This document shows, one piece after another, positions 61,323 to 64,000 of a stretch of 64,000 nucleotides of DNA. How positions within the stretch are numbered: position 1 is the first letter of the stretch; each line of letters starts with the position of its first letter. The notes beneath the pieces are model-generated. The model did no database searches. It was not told where the DNA came from and saw nothing but the letters and a program-made list of their open reading frames with translations. This DNA comes from Mobula hypostoma (lineage: Eukaryota): the NCBI RefSeq assembly GCF_963921235.1, contig NC_086098.1, positions 37,510,001 through 37,574,000 on the forward strand. Direction: 5' to 3'. The position numbers and the translations under genes are program-made.

Positions 61323-62596
61323 ATAACTTGTGTTCATAAATACAATTTTACAAACAAAAACCAATTGGAACAAGAAAACAAAATCTATTTGAGTGCAAAG
61401 TGGGTCACAGTGTTGCTAAAGTGTAATGATTTGTGTTTTGCTGGTTGTTTCAAGAAAAGAATAGTTGAAATTCTTGAAGCTGCTATTTGTTGTGTATGAG
61501 TGATTTCTGTGAGTGATGAACCTCCACTTCCCTAACAGCCACAAAGCTGGGAATGGCTGCATTGATTTTTAAAACTGCTACATTTTTTCTCACATTTATA
61601 AGCTATTTAAGTTGAGTTTTACTTTTAGATTGGCAGGGTCACTTGTGTCAACAAATTGTCAGATGGTTAACTATCACAATTTGGTGTGCACCATGCTTCA
61701 GTTGAGAGTTGGCTGCTACAGTGGGTGGTTATGTTTCCTTAACAGACACAGTCTAAGTGAGTTACAAGCAAATGCAGAACCTACATTTCAATCTTCAATA
61801 TCAATGTTCTAAGATGTGTCTCTGGCTGTAAACATGTTGGAGTGAAGACCAGTATCATTAAGGTCTTTCTGTTGCGCCTCACCCCATGTAAAACAGAAGT
61901 GAGTTTGCTAATCCTAAACAAACTACCCTTTTTTTTTCTCTTTTGTAACAGTTTATATGTGCAAGAGACTCTGTACTTTTCCTGATTTAATTAACAAATA
62001 GTGGGATCTTCAATACATGGCTGGAAGGAGATTCCAACCTCCCCCCCCCCCCACACACCACACGACACCTCACCCCACCCTATTAATAACTGAAGATATT
62101 TCAGGTTAACAGATTGGGTGAGGAGGAAGTTAATTCCACAGTTTTAATGAAACATCTTAACTGCCTTGGCTCTTCCCAAAAATGAAACTTCATCACTGAG
62201 ATGCAAGTGCTAGTAACTAGCCGTAAATGTTTACAGATGTTAACAATTAAAATGTTTAGAGGCCAGGGCAACAGATTAACTTGGAAACTGGCTGTATTTA
62301 ATATTAAAATAAAACATTGTTCTTGTACCCTTTGCAGTACCACATAATGGACAGGAGGTGGCAGCCAGAGTCAGTGTGAAGCATGACCAACAACCTTGCA
62401 AAAGCTGCCAAGGTTAAACTATTGAACAGCACCAATTACCCAGGAGATGGCCTACTCTGTATTGCCAATCTCTGCACGACCAGGTTCCCAAACTACTCCA
62501 GATTTACTGCTAATTTATGTCATATCCCCATAAAACTTCATTGCTCAGCCCACTGGGAACTACATCTATGCTTTTTTTTCATTCCATCTGCATTGC

Positions 62597-63510
62597 CATA
62601 AGATATAGGAGCAGAATTAAACCATTTGGCCCATTGAGTCTGCTCTGCCATTTCATCAAGGCTGATCCAATATTCCTCTCAGCACCAATCTCCTGCCTTC
62701 TCCCCGTATCCCTTCATGCCCTGACCAATCAAGAATCTATCAACCTCTGCCTTAAATATACATAAAGACTTGGCCTCCATGGCTGCCTTTGACAAAGAAT
62801 TCCACAGATTCAACACACTCTGACTAAAGAAATTCCTCAACATCTCCATTCTAAAAGGATGCCCTTCATTTTGAGGCTGTGTCCTCTGGTCTTAGACTCT
62901 CCCAGTATGGGAAACATTCTCCCCACATCTGCTCTATCAAGGCCTTTCACCTTCGATAGGTTTCAGTGATGTCACCCCTCATTCTTCTGAATTCCTGCGA
63001 ATACAGGCCCAGAACCATCAAATGCTTTTCATATGAGAAGCCGTTCAATCCTGGAATCATTTTTGTGAATCTCCGTTGAACCCTCTCCAGTTTCAGCACA
63101 CCCTTTCTAAGACAGTCCCAAAACTGCTCTCAATGCTCCAACTGAGCACCCACCAGTGGTTTAGAGTCTCAATGTTACACCCTTGCACTTGTATTTTAGT
63201 CTTATTGAAATGATGCTAACATTGCATTTGCCTTCCTCACCACAGATTCAACCTGCAAATTGACCTTCAGGGAATCCTGTACAAGGGCTCCCGAGTCCCT
63301 TTGCAACTCAGATTTTTTTTTGTATTTTCTCTCCATTTAGAAAATGGTCAACCCTTTCATTTGCCATGTGCATGACTGTCCACTTCCTGACTGTATTCCA
63401 TCTGCCACTACTTTGCCCATTCTCCTAATCTGTCTAAGTCCTTCTGTAACCCTCAAAACTACCTGACCCTGCACCCATCTTCATATCATCTGCAAACTTT
63501 GCAACAAAGC
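62597..63510 (-). mobile_element. CR1 RT/3' fragment
   Basis: CCATAAGATATAGGAGCAGAATT tail and antisense KFADD (ATCATCTGCAAACTT) at about 63485-63500. Confidence 0.85.
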
Positions 63511-63635
63511 CTTCACAGGGAGAACATGTGGCGAGTACTCTGGGTCGGGACTGAATCTAGAGTATTGTAGATGTTAAACAGCTACAGCACCTCCAGAACC
63601 ACAGCACAGTCTCTATAACCGGAAAATATTTGGAG

Positions 63636-64000
63636 GATACTATACTTTATACTTTATTGTCGCAAAATTGTCGCCAAACAATTGATACTAGAACGTACAA
63701 TCATCACAGTGATATTTGATTCTGCTCTTCGTGCTCCCTGGATTACAAATCAATAGTAAATATTAAAAGTTTAAATCATAAATAGAAAATAGAAAAGGGA
63801 AAGTACGGCAGTGCAAAAAAAAACCGAGAGGCAGGACCGGATATTTGGAGGGTACGGCCCAGATCCGGGTCAGGATCCGTTCAGCAGTCTTATCACAGTT
63901 GGAAAGAAGCTGTTCCCAAATCTGGCCGTACGAGTCTTCAAGCTCCTGAGCCTTCTACCGGAGGGAAGAGGGACGAAAAGTGCGTTGGCTGGGTGGGTCG
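63636..64000 (-). mobile_element. Rex 3' end (CpG-retaining, runs off the window)
   Basis: Antisense HPANALFVPLPSGRRLRSLKTRTARFGNSFFP and a (TATACTT)n tail. Confidence 0.75.

Noticed and set aside
62350-62367. CTCF-like motif ACAGGAGGTGGCAGC
   Set aside because: Two mismatches at informative positions; a motif alone is not evidence of binding.
749-62765. Remaining short ORFs of the six-frame track
   Set aside because: Antisense or alternate-frame shadows of LINE fragments, low-complexity translations, or random 60-140 aa ORFs, many opened at non-ATG starts.

Overview
This is eukaryotic, repeat-rich, essentially non-coding vertebrate DNA. The repeat complement suggests a cartilaginous fish, probably a ray; this is inferred from recognising repeat families, not from a search. 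No host protein-coding gene could be identified, and there are no rRNA, tRNA or CRISPR loci. Much of the window is transposon debris: CR1 LINEs (one young copy keeps a 454-aa RT ORF), Rex1/Babar LINEs, Penelope-like elements (PLEs) with a GIY-YIG endonuclease, tRNA-derived SINEs, DeuSINE-like relics, a 1.2-kb solo LTR and a Tc1 fragment. These are often nested, up to three levels deep. The most interesting signal is a family of short PLE-terminus insertions, many with 11-14 bp target-site duplications, that carry minimal type I hammerhead ribozymes (CUGACGA...GAAAC-GUC). The best example is a perfect 104-bp fold-back at 49237-49460 with an intact hammerhead on each strand. Other points are two antisense CR1-in-CR1 insertions at nearly the same homologous site, SINE head/tail module swapping, a YY1-headed non-autonomous retroposon and local templated insertions. 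A few strong minus-strand splice-site pairs and a recursive-splice-like motif hint, weakly, that the window lies in a long minus-strand intron. Element boundaries are approximate unless a TSD is given.
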